Shown here: in pieces, positions 45,570 to 54,404 of the stretch
Position numbering within the stretch: the stretch's first letter is position 1
Layout: every line of letters starts with the position of its first letter
IMG/VR virus record: IMGVR_UViG_3300013121_000038
Location: 38,312-102,311 of that record
From: a virus
Taxonomy: Duplodnaviria > Caudoviricetes
Reading direction: 5' to 3' (one strand)
DNA: 64,000 nucleotides
Made by a program: the position numbers and the translations under genes
The notes under the pieces: generated by a model
What the model was told of the DNA's origin: nothing
The model's database searches: none
The model's input: the letters and a program-made list of their open reading frames with translations, nothing else

Positions 45570-45839
45570 TCATGCGTCTGGTAGGTTGTCGAAATCATCA
45601 GCCCAGTCCGAGTAGTCGATCTTCGTCGGTCCAGGCAGCTTGTACTTGTCGTTCGGCCACATCTTGTTCATGTGCTGACCGAAGAGCGTGCCGCCGCAGT
45701 CTGGGTCACCAGACCAGCAGCCGAATGCAGTCCAGCTCTCATGCTCTGCGTGGTTGACGGTCTTCGGCACGGTGCAGACGTAACCCTGGCCCTTGATGAC
45801 GATGAGGGCCTGGCAGCAATCAGATGCGTCCATCCTCAT
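45570..45839 (-). CDS. Paralogue with one Cys/His-rich repeat and the same acidic tail
   Basis: Same motif once; ends IDYSDWADDFDNLPDA. Confidence 0.75.
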   Translation of the reverse strand: MRMDASDCCQALIVIKGQGYVCTVPKTVNHAEHESWTAFGCWSGDPDCGGTLFGQHMNKMWPNDKYKLPGPTKIDYSDWADDFDNLPDA

Positions 45840-45908
45840 TACCCCCAGCTCTTGATGTTGAAAGCTAAGAAGGCGGCCCGAAGGCCGCCCCCATGATGCC
45901 ACTGCCTG

Positions 45909-46109
45909 TCACTGCGCGGACACCTCGACCTCGATGTAGTTCTGGCCGAGCGGGATGGTGACGTTGACGACGCGACCGATGAAGGTCTGTCCGTCCACCA
46001 CCAGCGGTCCGATGTTCCAGCCGATCTGCACTGGCACGAAGAGAGGCAGGTTGAACGTCCTCGGTCCGTTCCTCGTGTTGACGGTGATGCGATGGTTGAT
46101 GGCTTCCAT
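45909..46109 (-). CDS. Small beta-rich hypothetical protein
   Basis: Single-gene cassette with promoter motif and terminator. Confidence 0.7.
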   Translation of the reverse strand: MEAINHRITVNTRNGPRTFNLPLFVPVQIGWNIGPLVVDGQTFIGRVVNVTIPLGQNYIEVEVSAQ

Positions 46110-46237
46110 GTGCGTCTCCCGACGTAGTAACTGAGCTCTTGCTTCTCCTTTCTTATCACTCGTACCGACTAAACCTTGCGAAGAGCTAAGACGACGGAAT
46201 GCTCTCCGTCGAATGCCCTCGCATGAGGGCGGATGCG

Positions 46238-46645
46238 TTACTTCAGAGCCGCGAGGGCGTCCCCGAAGATGCCGCGAGCCCACTCGATGGTCTTCTGCTT
46301 GGCCTGGATCGAGTCAGAGGCCTCGAACTTGGTCTCCATGACGAGCTCGGTGTCCTCGGCCGTGTAGAGTCCGGCGCGCCAGATGGAAGGCGTCTTCTTG
46401 GAGTCCGTGGCGTCGTCGTAGTCGAAGGAGAGCTCGAAGGCGCCGAAGACTGCCTTCTCGGCGCACTCCGTATCCCCCAAGTGGTCCTCCTCCCAGGTCA
46501 GCGGCAGGACGGTCGGCTTGGTCGCTTCCTGGAGCTTGTCCCAGAGCTCCCCGGCCTGCTTGACCTGCGCGTCCATGGGTCCGTAGCTGATGGACGAGAA
46601 GTTGGCGGCAAGGATGAACTGCGCGATGAACTCGTGCTTGGTCAT
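46238..46645 (-). CDS. Hypothetical protein
   Basis: Single-gene cassette. Confidence 0.7.
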   Translation of the reverse strand: MTKHEFIAQFILAANFSSISYGPMDAQVKQAGELWDKLQEATKPTVLPLTWEEDHLGDTECAEKAVFGAFELSFDYDDATDSKKTPSIWRAGLYTAEDTELVMETKFEASDSIQAKQKTIEWARGIFGDALAALK

Positions 46646-46711
46646 GTGTGTTCCCGGTCTAGAGGCAGCAGGAGTGCTGCTCACGCTTCTTATGCCCGGC
46701 TCGCCCAAGTT

Positions 46712-47372
46712 CTTGACGTCTTTATGACGCAAACACGTCAAGCATGACCTGACGCGTAGCTCATCCAGAACACGTCAAGCACGGCGCAAAGCCAGGCCTG
46801 CTCACCTTGCGCCGTTCTTCTCTCCTCCTCAGTTCGGCGCACCTTGAGGGGAGCATGAAATCCAAGGCACGCTCACACCCCCTATACAAGCAGAGCTCTC
46901 GTCCCGGCTTCACCCTCCTGCCATTGACGTCTTCTAGACATGAACGCGTCAAGGGTGGGGAACATGAGAACCAGAGCCCGAGACAGAGTCGTGTGAGAGG
47001 AGAGCGTAGCACCAGCGAGTCAGGCTTCTGGCCCCTCGTTCTCCACAGCCCTGCTGAAGTACCCCCGCTCCCTCCAGCATGCGGCCTCTGTGTAAGCCCT
47101 GCCGATGGGTCGGGAGAGCCAGGGTCAGCACATCATCGAGAACTTCTCCTGCTCCCCTTGCGCCGGCGCACTTGGGAGAACAAGCTCCTCGCCATACCTC
47201 GCCTGGCCCTAGGGCTATGAAGACTTGAAACACCGGGGTAGGGAGGGGGGACAGTGGTACCCAAGTTTTGGGGGGGATTTTGTAGGGACTGGTTCCCCAG
47301 GGCCAGAGAGACCAAGCACGCACCAAGATTTGGGGGGAGGTTTTTGGTACCAGCCACTGTGAACGCGTCAAG
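46712..47372. repeat. Non-coding island with repeated palindromic sites
   Basis: TTGACGTCTT-N3-GAC-N3-AAC-R-CGTCAAG at 46713 and 46924; AACRCGTCAAG also at 46769 and 47362; CCAA-N3-TTGGGGG at 47261, 47323 (and 47820). Confidence 0.7.
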
Positions 47373-47445
47373 TCGGTCCATGGGCTAAGCAAGCCCCGGA
47401 GGGCTGGCCCCCGGCCCTTGAGCCGGGAAGACGGTCCAGAACCTG

Positions 47446-47727
47446 CTACTGCCAGGTCTGGCACTTGGTGGACTGCATCTTGTTCAAGCACGCCACGCCG
47501 ACCTGGATGCCCTCCTTCTCGTAGTACGCCCGGCACTTCTCGAAGTTGGTCTGGCGGGGGTCGCAGTTGGCCTTGGTCTGGGCATCCGACCAGTCCATGT
47601 GGACCTTGGCGCAGCCGACGGAGACCATCTCCTTCTCCTGGGGCGTCAGGCGGGGGTCGCAGGCCAGGGTGGTGGAAGGGGTGAGAGAGCAGACAGCGAG
47701 AACCAGGGTGATCAGGATGGTCTTCAT
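47446..47727 (-). CDS. Secreted Cys-rich protein
   Basis: Signal peptide MKTILITLVLAVCS...; six further Cys; CDPR twice. Confidence 0.7.
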   Translation of the reverse strand: MKTILITLVLAVCSLTPSTTLACDPRLTPQEKEMVSVGCAKVHMDWSDAQTKANCDPRQTNFEKCRAYYEKEGIQVGVACLNKMQSTKCQTWQ

Positions 47728-47952
47728 GATGTCCTCCCGGACGTTGTGACGGAGGAAGTTCCCCGTCAGAGCCTTATGCCGGAGGGTGGTCTGGAATTGC
47801 TTCTCCCGACCCCTTGCGCCCAAATTTTGGGGGTACATACGAGGCCGGCCTCGGAAACGCTGCCTACAGGATCATGGGCTAAAAAAGCCAGGCCCGGGGA
47901 GCTCGGTCTGGCTTTCCTGGGTGGCCGCCCAGGACGGTCGGGGCTGGTGCCC

Positions 47953-48210
47953 CTACTTCTTCGCCCGCTGCGCCTGGATGGCTCTGAGGTCCCGGATGGC
48001 GTTCTCCAGGGCGACGACCATGCCTTCGTCGTCCAGAGCCGCCTGGCCCACCGAGACCCGGGAGAAGACGTTCCCGAAGCTGTTCTGGACCACCAGGACC
48101 GAGTGCATGCCGAACTTCATCTTCCACCTGTGGAGCATGGAAGAGATGACGACCTTCTCGGCCTCCATGATCCGCTTCTCGACTTCCACCTGCTCGCGCG
48201 ACTTGGCCAT
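47953..48210 (-). CDS. Hypothetical protein
   Basis: Cassette gene. Confidence 0.65.
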   Translation of the reverse strand: MAKSREQVEVEKRIMEAEKVVISSMLHRWKMKFGMHSVLVVQNSFGNVFSRVSVGQAALDDEGMVVALENAIRDLRAIQAQRAKK

Positions 48211-48221
48211 GTGGGCGGGTC

Positions 48222-48467
48222 CTAGGTGCTGGAGGTCGTCGTCTCCAGGAGGTAGTCGAACTCCCTCCCGACCTTCTTCACCACGACCGTCTGCTTGATG
48301 CCGCAGGTCTCGGTCATCAAGTTGGCCCGCCCCTGGTACGGCTTGGAGCCGCTGTTGCCGGTGGCCTCCTTCTCCAGGTACTCGATGCTGTTGCCGCCAA
48401 CCGACTTGGTGAGCAGAGATGCCGCAGTTGCCCTCGTGATCTTCTTCTCGCTGATCGCCTTCGCCAT
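48222..48467 (-). CDS. Hypothetical protein
   Basis: GGAG RBS; cassette gene. Confidence 0.65.
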   Translation of the reverse strand: MAKAISEKKITRATAASLLTKSVGGNSIEYLEKEATGNSGSKPYQGRANLMTETCGIKQTVVVKKVGREFDYLLETTTSST

Positions 48468-48567
48468 GTGCTTCTCCAGTGAAGCTGCCTGAGTGCCGCT
48501 TCATCTCCTTATGGCTAAGAAGCACGGAGGGATTGCCCCCGTGCCCGGCTCCGGAGAGCCAGGACGT

Positions 48568-49056
48568 CTACCAGTAGTCGTTGACCAGCTCTTCCAGGTT
48601 GATGCCCTGGCTGACGATGGCGCGGTACCCGTCCCTCAGGGTCGCCTGGGCCTGCCGCGCCTGGGAGAGCTTCTCCTTGGCGAGCCGGAGGCTGCTCCTG
48701 GAGGTCCTGATCTCCTCGCACCACGCCCAGAGCAAGAAGCAGCACTTCTCGGCGAGCTGCTGCCGGTACGCCAGAACCTCGTCGGCGTCGAAGGGGTTCT
48801 TGGAGACGTCCACCGTCACCAGCTTGTTGAGTCGCTGGAGGTGGCGGACGACGTCCCGGAAGCTCTCGACCACGTGCGCGGCGCAGTTGAGGGAGATGTT
48901 CCTCCCCTCGCAGTACTTCGCCACCCGCTGCACCAGGACCATGGCGTTCTCGATGGTTCGCTCGTTGCCGACGAACCGATCGAAGCCCTTGATGTCCTGG
49001 GCCTTGAAATCCACGTGCTTCTGCTTCATCGCCTCGTACAGCGAGAAAGTCGCCAT
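48568..49056 (-). CDS. Hypothetical helical protein
   Basis: GGGAGG RBS; cassette gene. Confidence 0.7.
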   Translation of the reverse strand: MATFSLYEAMKQKHVDFKAQDIKGFDRFVGNERTIENAMVLVQRVAKYCEGRNISLNCAAHVVESFRDVVRHLQRLNKLVTVDVSKNPFDADEVLAYRQQLAEKCCFLLWAWCEEIRTSRSSLRLAKEKLSQARQAQATLRDGYRAIVSQGINLEELVNDYW

Positions 49057-49180
49057 GTGTACTGCCTCCCGTGAAGCCGGTTGGATTCCGGCCTATGGGC
49101 TTATGGCCTAAGACACCGGGGGATTGCCCCGGGCCGGCCTCGGAAGGCCGGAAGAAGACGTCCTGCGCCGTCTTCTCTTG

Positions 49181-49345
49181 CTACTGCGGGACTCGCGTCC
49201 CGTCCCAGGAGATGTTCCTGGGGATGGTTCCGTTCTTCTGGAGCTTCTTGTAGCAGTCCGGGCAGAGCTTCACCCAGGTGCAGACCAGCCAGATGTTCCT
49301 GACCTCCCGGTCGTTGGTGCAGCCGAAGCAGAGCCCGGAGGCCAT
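49181..49345 (-). CDS. Small Zn-finger protein (54 aa)
   Basis: CFGC...LCPDC; TGATG overlap with the upstream gene. Confidence 0.6.
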   Translation of the reverse strand: MASGLCFGCTNDREVRNIWLVCTWVKLCPDCYKKLQKNGTIPRNISWDGTRVPQ

Positions 49346-49527
49346 CAGGACCTCTGCATGGGCGGCCAGCGCCGGTAGCTGTACACGTGGAAGCCGAGGC
49401 CCATGAAGAGCAGCGGGATGCCGATGACCCGGAGCCCGGTGACGGTGAAGATGCCGGCCCCGGTGTAGCAGGCCATGACCACCAGAAGGCAGAGCCAGAG
49501 GTCGAACCCCAACTTCTTGGACCTCAC
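49345..49527 (-). CDS. Two-helix membrane protein
   Basis: Two hydrophobic segments. Confidence 0.6.
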   Translation of the reverse strand: MRSKKLGFDLWLCLLVVMACYTGAGIFTVTGLRVIGIPLLFMGLGFHVYSYRRWPPMQRS

Positions 49528-49937
49528 GACTTCCTCCCGAACCGCCTCAGCACCGACTGGCCCTTGGCCGGACCCTTGGACCGCTTCGCCCGCCTGGGCG
49601 TCACGTCCCGCTGGAAGCGGCCACCCTGGACCATGTCGACCATGTCGCCGCGCGCCGCCAGCACCATGCCGAGGAAGGTGTCGGCGCGCTTCTGGGAGGG
49701 GTCGGTACCCCTGCCCAGCATCTCGCGGAGGGACAACGCCGTGAAGCGCGTCAGCACCTCCTCGACGACGACCTTCACCACCTCCGCCGTCTTGGCCGAC
49801 GGGTGGGTGGCATCCACCTCGCCCCGCAGCTTGTCCACCACGTCCATCAACGCCTGGGCCAACTCGTGGTCCGGCAGCGACGCCAAGAGAGCGTCAACCG
49901 GACCAGGACACTCAGGGTTGCCGCAACGATCGCACAT
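49524..49937 (-). CDS. Hypothetical protein
   Basis: MCDRCG-x3-C N-terminus; GGAGGAG RBS. Confidence 0.65.
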   Translation of the reverse strand: MCDRCGNPECPGPVDALLASLPDHELAQALMDVVDKLRGEVDATHPSAKTAEVVKVVVEEVLTRFTALSLREMLGRGTDPSQKRADTFLGMVLAARGDMVDMVQGGRFQRDVTPRRAKRSKGPAKGQSVLRRFGRKS

Positions 49938-49940
49938 CGT

Positions 49941-50315
49941 TCACTCCTCCCGTTCGGTGTGATAGGGGCACGCGAGGCCATCTCGCCCAGTACCCCCGAA
50001 GCCCTTCACGTTCCGCCCGCACTCCGGGCAGACGCCACGACGAAGCGCCTCCCTCTCCATGATCTCGTCGCAAGAGAGAAGCCGGTTCTCGATGTAGCCA
50101 CTTCCCAGTGCAGCTCGCAGCTCCCGGCGCGCCTGCGCCATCCTCATGCGGCGCGCCTTCTTCTGCCACCAGCCCACGATGGGCCAGCGGATGAACCCGG
50201 GAACGAGACCCCAGAGCTCTTCCAGCATCGCCTGCGACAAGAGCCCGATGAGCCCCAGCGCAGCCGTCATGACCACCCCCAACACCAACGCCACCAGAAC
50301 CAACTCAAGCCACAT
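49941..50315 (-). CDS. Membrane protein with a C-terminal Zn-finger
   Basis: Transmembrane helix plus CPECG...CPYH. Confidence 0.65.
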   Translation of the reverse strand: MWLELVLVALVLGVVMTAALGLIGLLSQAMLEELWGLVPGFIRWPIVGWWQKKARRMRMAQARRELRAALGSGYIENRLLSCDEIMEREALRRGVCPECGRNVKGFGGTGRDGLACPYHTEREE

Positions 50316-50498
50316 GGTCTTCTCCCGTGACGGGCTTGTTTGCCCGCTACAGGCTTATGACGTAGCCGACCCGAGGGTTGCCTGTCTGTCCCAGGCACAC
50401 AGGGTAGGACATAGAAATTTCGTCATCACGGGCCATGGGCTAAGACTCGGAGGTGGAACTCCGAGCTCCCCGCAGGCCGGCGGGGGCGGTCCCCCAAC

Positions 50499-50732
50499 CT
50501 AGGAGGCCGTCTGGATGTAGACGATGTCCTTCCTGAGCCGCAGGTCGTGGGCCTCCTCGAAGGTCTTGCCGATGAGCTCGCTGAAGTCGAAGGAGATCTC
50601 ATCGTCGTAGTAGAAGATCGAGTCCTTCTCACCCTCGGCCGTCTCCATGTCGACCCGGACGTTGCCCGGACCCGTGAAGCACTGACCTTCGGGCGGATAG
50701 TTGAAGGTGACGCTGACGATCTTGTCAGCCAT
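50499..50732 (-). CDS. Hypothetical protein
   Basis: Single-gene cassette. Confidence 0.7.
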   Translation of the reverse strand: MADKIVSVTFNYPPEGQCFTGPGNVRVDMETAEGEKDSIFYYDDEISFDFSELIGKTFEEAHDLRLRKDIVYIQTAS

Positions 50733-50876
50733 GGTGATGCCTCCCGTAGGAAGAGAATGGCTCTTCCCTGTTGTCTCCTTATGACGGGTCCAAAGAAGGC
50801 CTTTCCTAGGGCCAAGCTAAAAAAGCGGCCGGACCCGGTGTTCTGGGCCCAGCCGCCTTCCCCCACCACGGAGCTT

Positions 50877-51320
50877 CTACATCTGGTGCTGGGCCGAGCG
50901 CTGCTCGCCGCCGGCCCCGTTGACCTGGGGGGCGGCCTTGGCGTTGGACAGCTCCTGCTCGGCCCGGAACAGCTTCAGGCCGGCCACGGCCCGCTTGGTC
51001 TCGGCCTCGATCCTGGCCGTCTCCGCCTCGACGGCCATCGCCGGCGTGAGCAGCTCCAGCTTGCGGAGCTCGGCCTGGGCCTGGGCCATCTCCACGCTGG
51101 CGCGCATCTTCAGCACGTCGGTGGAGGCCTTGGCGATCTCGCCGGCGGTGCGCGCCTTGATGAGGAGCGCCTCGCCGTGGGCCTTCATCAGGTCCTGGAA
51201 CGCCGGGCTGGAGGTGACGGTGGTGAAGACGGCGGCGACGGCCTCGCCGAACTTCGACCACCCAGACTTCTTCTTCTTCGTCTTCTTGCCGCCCTCGTCC
51301 TTCGTCTCGTTCTCGGCCAT
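50877..51320 (-). CDS. Coiled-coil hypothetical protein
   Basis: GGAGG RBS; single-gene cassette. Confidence 0.7.
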   Translation of the reverse strand: MAENETKDEGGKKTKKKKSGWSKFGEAVAAVFTTVTSSPAFQDLMKAHGEALLIKARTAGEIAKASTDVLKMRASVEMAQAQAELRKLELLTPAMAVEAETARIEAETKRAVAGLKLFRAEQELSNAKAAPQVNGAGGEQRSAQHQM

Positions 51321-51459
51321 ATCGATCCTCCCGGATCGGCGGAGCAGCGTCGAAAGACGCATCTTTCCGCTACACCCTTATCCCAGGGAGATCGCAGGAA
51401 TTGCCCTAAAACAGGGGGTTTCAGCTCCCCTGGGCGGCTCTCCGGCCGCCACGGTGTTT

Positions 51460-51651
51460 CTACTTCCGCCGCTCCGGCATGCGCCGGAAGCGGTTCATCG
51501 CCAGCTTGAAGCGCCGCTCCGTCGGAGACGGCACCTCTTCCTGCTCCCAGACGTCCTTCGTGTCCGGGAGCCGGCAGTGCGCCGGGAAGGTCAGGTTGCT
51601 GTCCCCAGGCACCATGATGACGTCTTCCAACTGGGCCATCCGGTACATCAT
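51460..51651 (-). CDS. Hypothetical protein
   Basis: ATGA overlap; GGAGG RBS. Confidence 0.6.
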   Translation of the reverse strand: MMYRMAQLEDVIMVPGDSNLTFPAHCRLPDTKDVWEQEEVPSPTERRFKLAMNRFRRMPERRK

Positions 51652-51902
51652 GGCCTCCGGAACTTGAACATCATCATCTTCAGGCCCTGGTGCGTGAGGA
51701 TGGCCCGGTTCTGGAGCTCCTTCGGCAGCCGGTCCAGGTGCCGGATCATGGCGGCGGCTTCGTCGAGCATGGCGAAGGCCTCCTTCACCTGGGTCGGGGT
51801 CAGGGCGCTCTCCTCGGAAAAGGAGATGAACTTCAGCTCCAACCTCTCCAGCGCCTCTTCGGCGAGCGTGGAGTTCAACGCCTTCTTTGCAGCGATCGTC
51901 AT
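51648..51902 (-). CDS. Hypothetical protein
   Basis: GGGAGG RBS. Confidence 0.65.
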   Translation of the reverse strand: MTIAAKKALNSTLAEEALERLELKFISFSEESALTPTQVKEAFAMLDEAAAMIRHLDRLPKELQNRAILTHQGLKMMMFKFRRP

Positions 51903-52028
51903 TGTGTTCCTCCCGTTTTGGAAGAAGAGCTGCTCTTCCTGTTCTCATCTTATGCCACAGACAGACACGGTCTTGAGCTAAGCACGAGCCCCGGAGGGCT
52001 CGGCCCAGTCTCGGAGGACTGGGTTGTG

Positions 52029-52787
52029 CTACTTGGCGCGGGCCGCCAGGCGGGCCTTCTTCTTGGCGACCTCCTTGCCCTTCCGGATGATCTCCCGGAG
52101 CCGCTCGGTCTTGGTGAGCCGCTTCGTCGGCTTCACCTCCTTCGCCGGCTCCGGCGGGTCCACCGGCACGGACGGCTCGTAGACCTGCACCGGCCGCACC
52201 TTGCCGTAGCGGAAGCCCCGCTCCAGGGCCTGGACGATGTTCACCGTCTCGTTCTTCCACTTGGCCTTGTCCACCATCGTCGGCCGGATGGGGTCGCCCG
52301 GGTGGAAGGTGTAGACGACCTCCTTCCCGTCCTCCGGCCCGAGGATGATGACGGAGAAGTCCACGATGAGCTGGTCCTCCAGCTTCAGCGGGAGCTCGGC
52401 CATCAGCCCGCCTCCGTAGGTGCCGGCGGTGCCCTTCGGGTCCACCAGCTTGACCATGGTCATGCTGGGGAACTGGGCCAGGTCGACGACGCCGAGCATG
52501 CCCGGGATGGGCGCCTTGAAGGCGGTGCAGCCCTTCAGGACGGCGGGGTGCTCGTACGGCTCCCAGTTCGCCTCGATGAGGCTCTGGACCGTCTGCGTCT
52601 CGTCGAAGGTGCTGCCGGACGAGTCGGGGCCGGCGGTGCGGCTCTTCAGCGTCTCGGCGATGTACTTCTCGTCGGACCTGGCGAACGCCAGGCCGATCCT
52701 CTTCTGGTGCTCGGTCTGCTCCGGCTTCTTCTCCTCCGGCTTCTCCTCCTGCGTCTGCTCCACGGTCGTCGTCTCGGTCTCAGCCAC
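52029..52787 (-). CDS. Hypothetical protein
   Basis: GTG start after GGGAGG; VILGPEDG-x-EVVYTFHPG motif. Confidence 0.7.
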   Translation of the reverse strand: MAETETTTVEQTQEEKPEEKKPEQTEHQKRIGLAFARSDEKYIAETLKSRTAGPDSSGSTFDETQTVQSLIEANWEPYEHPAVLKGCTAFKAPIPGMLGVVDLAQFPSMTMVKLVDPKGTAGTYGGGLMAELPLKLEDQLIVDFSVIILGPEDGKEVVYTFHPGDPIRPTMVDKAKWKNETVNIVQALERGFRYGKVRPVQVYEPSVPVDPPEPAKEVKPTKRLTKTERLREIIRKGKEVAKKKARLAARAK

Positions 52788-52989
52788 AAGTCCTCCCGGA
52801 CTCTTCTGCGAATGAGTGAACAGGAGGGGACTGCTCCCCTCCAGGACTGCGCGGCTCGCATGTCCGCACAGACGGAGCGCTCGTGGCTCCTCTGAACTTC
52901 TTATCCCTTCGGGAAGACGGACTTTGCTCCATTGGTGGTCTTGACTTTCACCTCTCGAAACGGCATCTCTCATCCAGCCCGGAGGATTC

Positions 52990-53304
52990 ATGCATCTCAC
53001 CATCCGAATCGACCGTCTCCCTGGCGGCCGCCTCAAGGGCTTCTTCGAGGAGCTGCCTGGGATCTTCTACACGTCAGACGACGAGTCCGCTCTCTCCGAG
53101 CGTCTCGGTCGGCTGGCGCACGCTCTCAGCTCGCCGCACGTCAAGATTCGCGAGATCAAGCCGGACGGCGACGTCGTGCTGGCCCTGGTACGGGAAGAGG
53201 AGGACGAGGAAGACGAGGAGTCTCCCACGTCTTTTCTGACCCTGACCGAGGCCGTCTTCATGGCCAGGCAGCAGAAGTCCTACGAGTTCATGGCTTCTTG
53301 CTAA
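52990..53304 (+). CDS. HicB-like-fold protein (tentative)
   Basis: IRIDRLPGG-x-LKGFFEELPGIF...ESALSERL resembles HicB N-terminal domains; GGAGG RBS; own terminator. Confidence 0.45.
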   Translation: MHLTIRIDRLPGGRLKGFFEELPGIFYTSDDESALSERLGRLAHALSSPHVKIREIKPDGDVVLALVREEEDEEDEESPTSFLTLTEAVFMARQQKSYEFMASC

Positions 53305-53323
53305 GGAAGCCGATCTTGTAGGC

Positions 53324-53364
53324 GGCCCCCACCACCCTGCGCGGGGATGGTGGGGGCCTTTTTT
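53324..53364 (+). terminator. Intrinsic terminator
   Basis: GGCCCCCACCA...TGGTGGGGGCC followed by TTTTTT. Confidence 0.75.
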
Positions 53365-53561
53365 CAGTTCTCCGGCGGCGGGCGGAACACGTCCCCACCG
53401 AAGACGCCTGGGTCTCGCGCCGGCGTGACGATGTTCGGCAACGCCTTCGCGAGCCCGCTCGCCTCCATCAGCCTTCTCGCCACCCGTCGCCGACGCCACC
53501 TGGGCACGATGAAGTACGCAGCCAGCGTGATGATGAAGACGGTGCCGATCAGATCCTCCAT
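53364..53561 (-). CDS. Small membrane protein
   Basis: N-terminal transmembrane helix, then Arg-rich. Confidence 0.6.
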   Translation of the reverse strand: MEDLIGTVFIITLAAYFIVPRWRRRRVARRLMEASGLAKALPNIVTPARDPGVFGGDVFRPPPEN

Positions 53562-53662
53562 TCGAGCCTCCCTTCGAGAAAGGGTGAAAGCCTACCGCAG
53601 CTAAAGAAGAAGCGGGTACCCGATGTTCTGGGTACCCGCCTCCTGCCGGGGTTCGCTGCTTG

Positions 53663-53941
53663 CTACGACGCCGCCTTGGTCTCCGCCGGCTTGGTCTCGG
53701 CCGGCTTGGTCTCGGCCGCCTTCTTCGCCTCCTTGCGGCTCTTGATGTTGGCCTTGGCGACGTCGATGCGCTTCTTCTTGTCCTCGTCGGACATGGTGGC
53801 GAGGACGTCCTTGCCGACGAGGATGGAGCTGCGGTTGGTGCCGTAGCGGGACAGGGCGTAGCCGGCGGCCATGCTGGCGGCGGCGGTAGCGACGATCTTC
53901 ACCACGGGACGCTTCAGGAACATCCAGAACGCGCTCATCAT
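53663..53941 (-). CDS. Hypothetical protein with AETKP repeats
   Basis: Cassette gene; three C-terminal AETK units. Confidence 0.7.
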   Translation of the reverse strand: MMSAFWMFLKRPVVKIVATAAASMAAGYALSRYGTNRSSILVGKDVLATMSDEDKKKRIDVAKANIKSRKEAKKAAETKPAETKPAETKAAS

Positions 53942-54183
53942 GATAGTCCTCCCGGACCAGACGGGGTTGGGTTTGGGTGCATCTTCCCGTCAACCCCTTA
54001 TGGCTGGATGAGGGTCTAAATTGCCCTCTGGGAGGCCTTTTGGAGGGTTTTACCCCGTGTACGGGCTAAAAAAGCACCCCCGGGCAGGACTGCCGGGGGT
54101 GCCACGGGCGCCTATGAATTACACCCAGACCGATTCCGGGTGCGCCGGGAGGCGGCGCCCACTGCAAAGGGTTGGAGGGGCTC

Positions 54184-54396
54184 CTACTTCACGACGGAGC
54201 GGATAAAAGCCATGTCTTCCATGGCCTCCACCCGCACGTGCTCTTCGTGCAGGAGCATGTCCTCCAGAGTCTCGGCTGCCTTGGACGCCCCCAAGTCCTT
54301 CAGGGCGTCCAAGATTCCCCTCTGGCGAGGGGTGATGGGCGGAGAGTTGGCCTTGGACTCCAGCCTTCTCATTGCCTGCGCGAGCTCCGGGGACAT
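54184..54396 (-). CDS. Hypothetical protein
   Basis: AGGAGG RBS. Confidence 0.65.
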   Translation of the reverse strand: MSPELAQAMRRLESKANSPPITPRQRGILDALKDLGASKAAETLEDMLLHEEHVRVEAMEDMAFIRSVVK

Positions 54397-54404
54397 GTTT
54401 CCTC

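Larger units (their letters stand above)
36128..54102 (-). terminator. Dispersed family of hairpin + pyrimidine-tract + TTAG(C) terminators
   Basis: + strand [GAC]CTAA followed by a GC-rich inverted repeat at 36128, 36296, 39187, 40182, 45864, 46185, 47384, 47878, 48514, 49107, 50439, 50816, 51405, 51977, 53600 and 54065. Confidence 0.7.
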
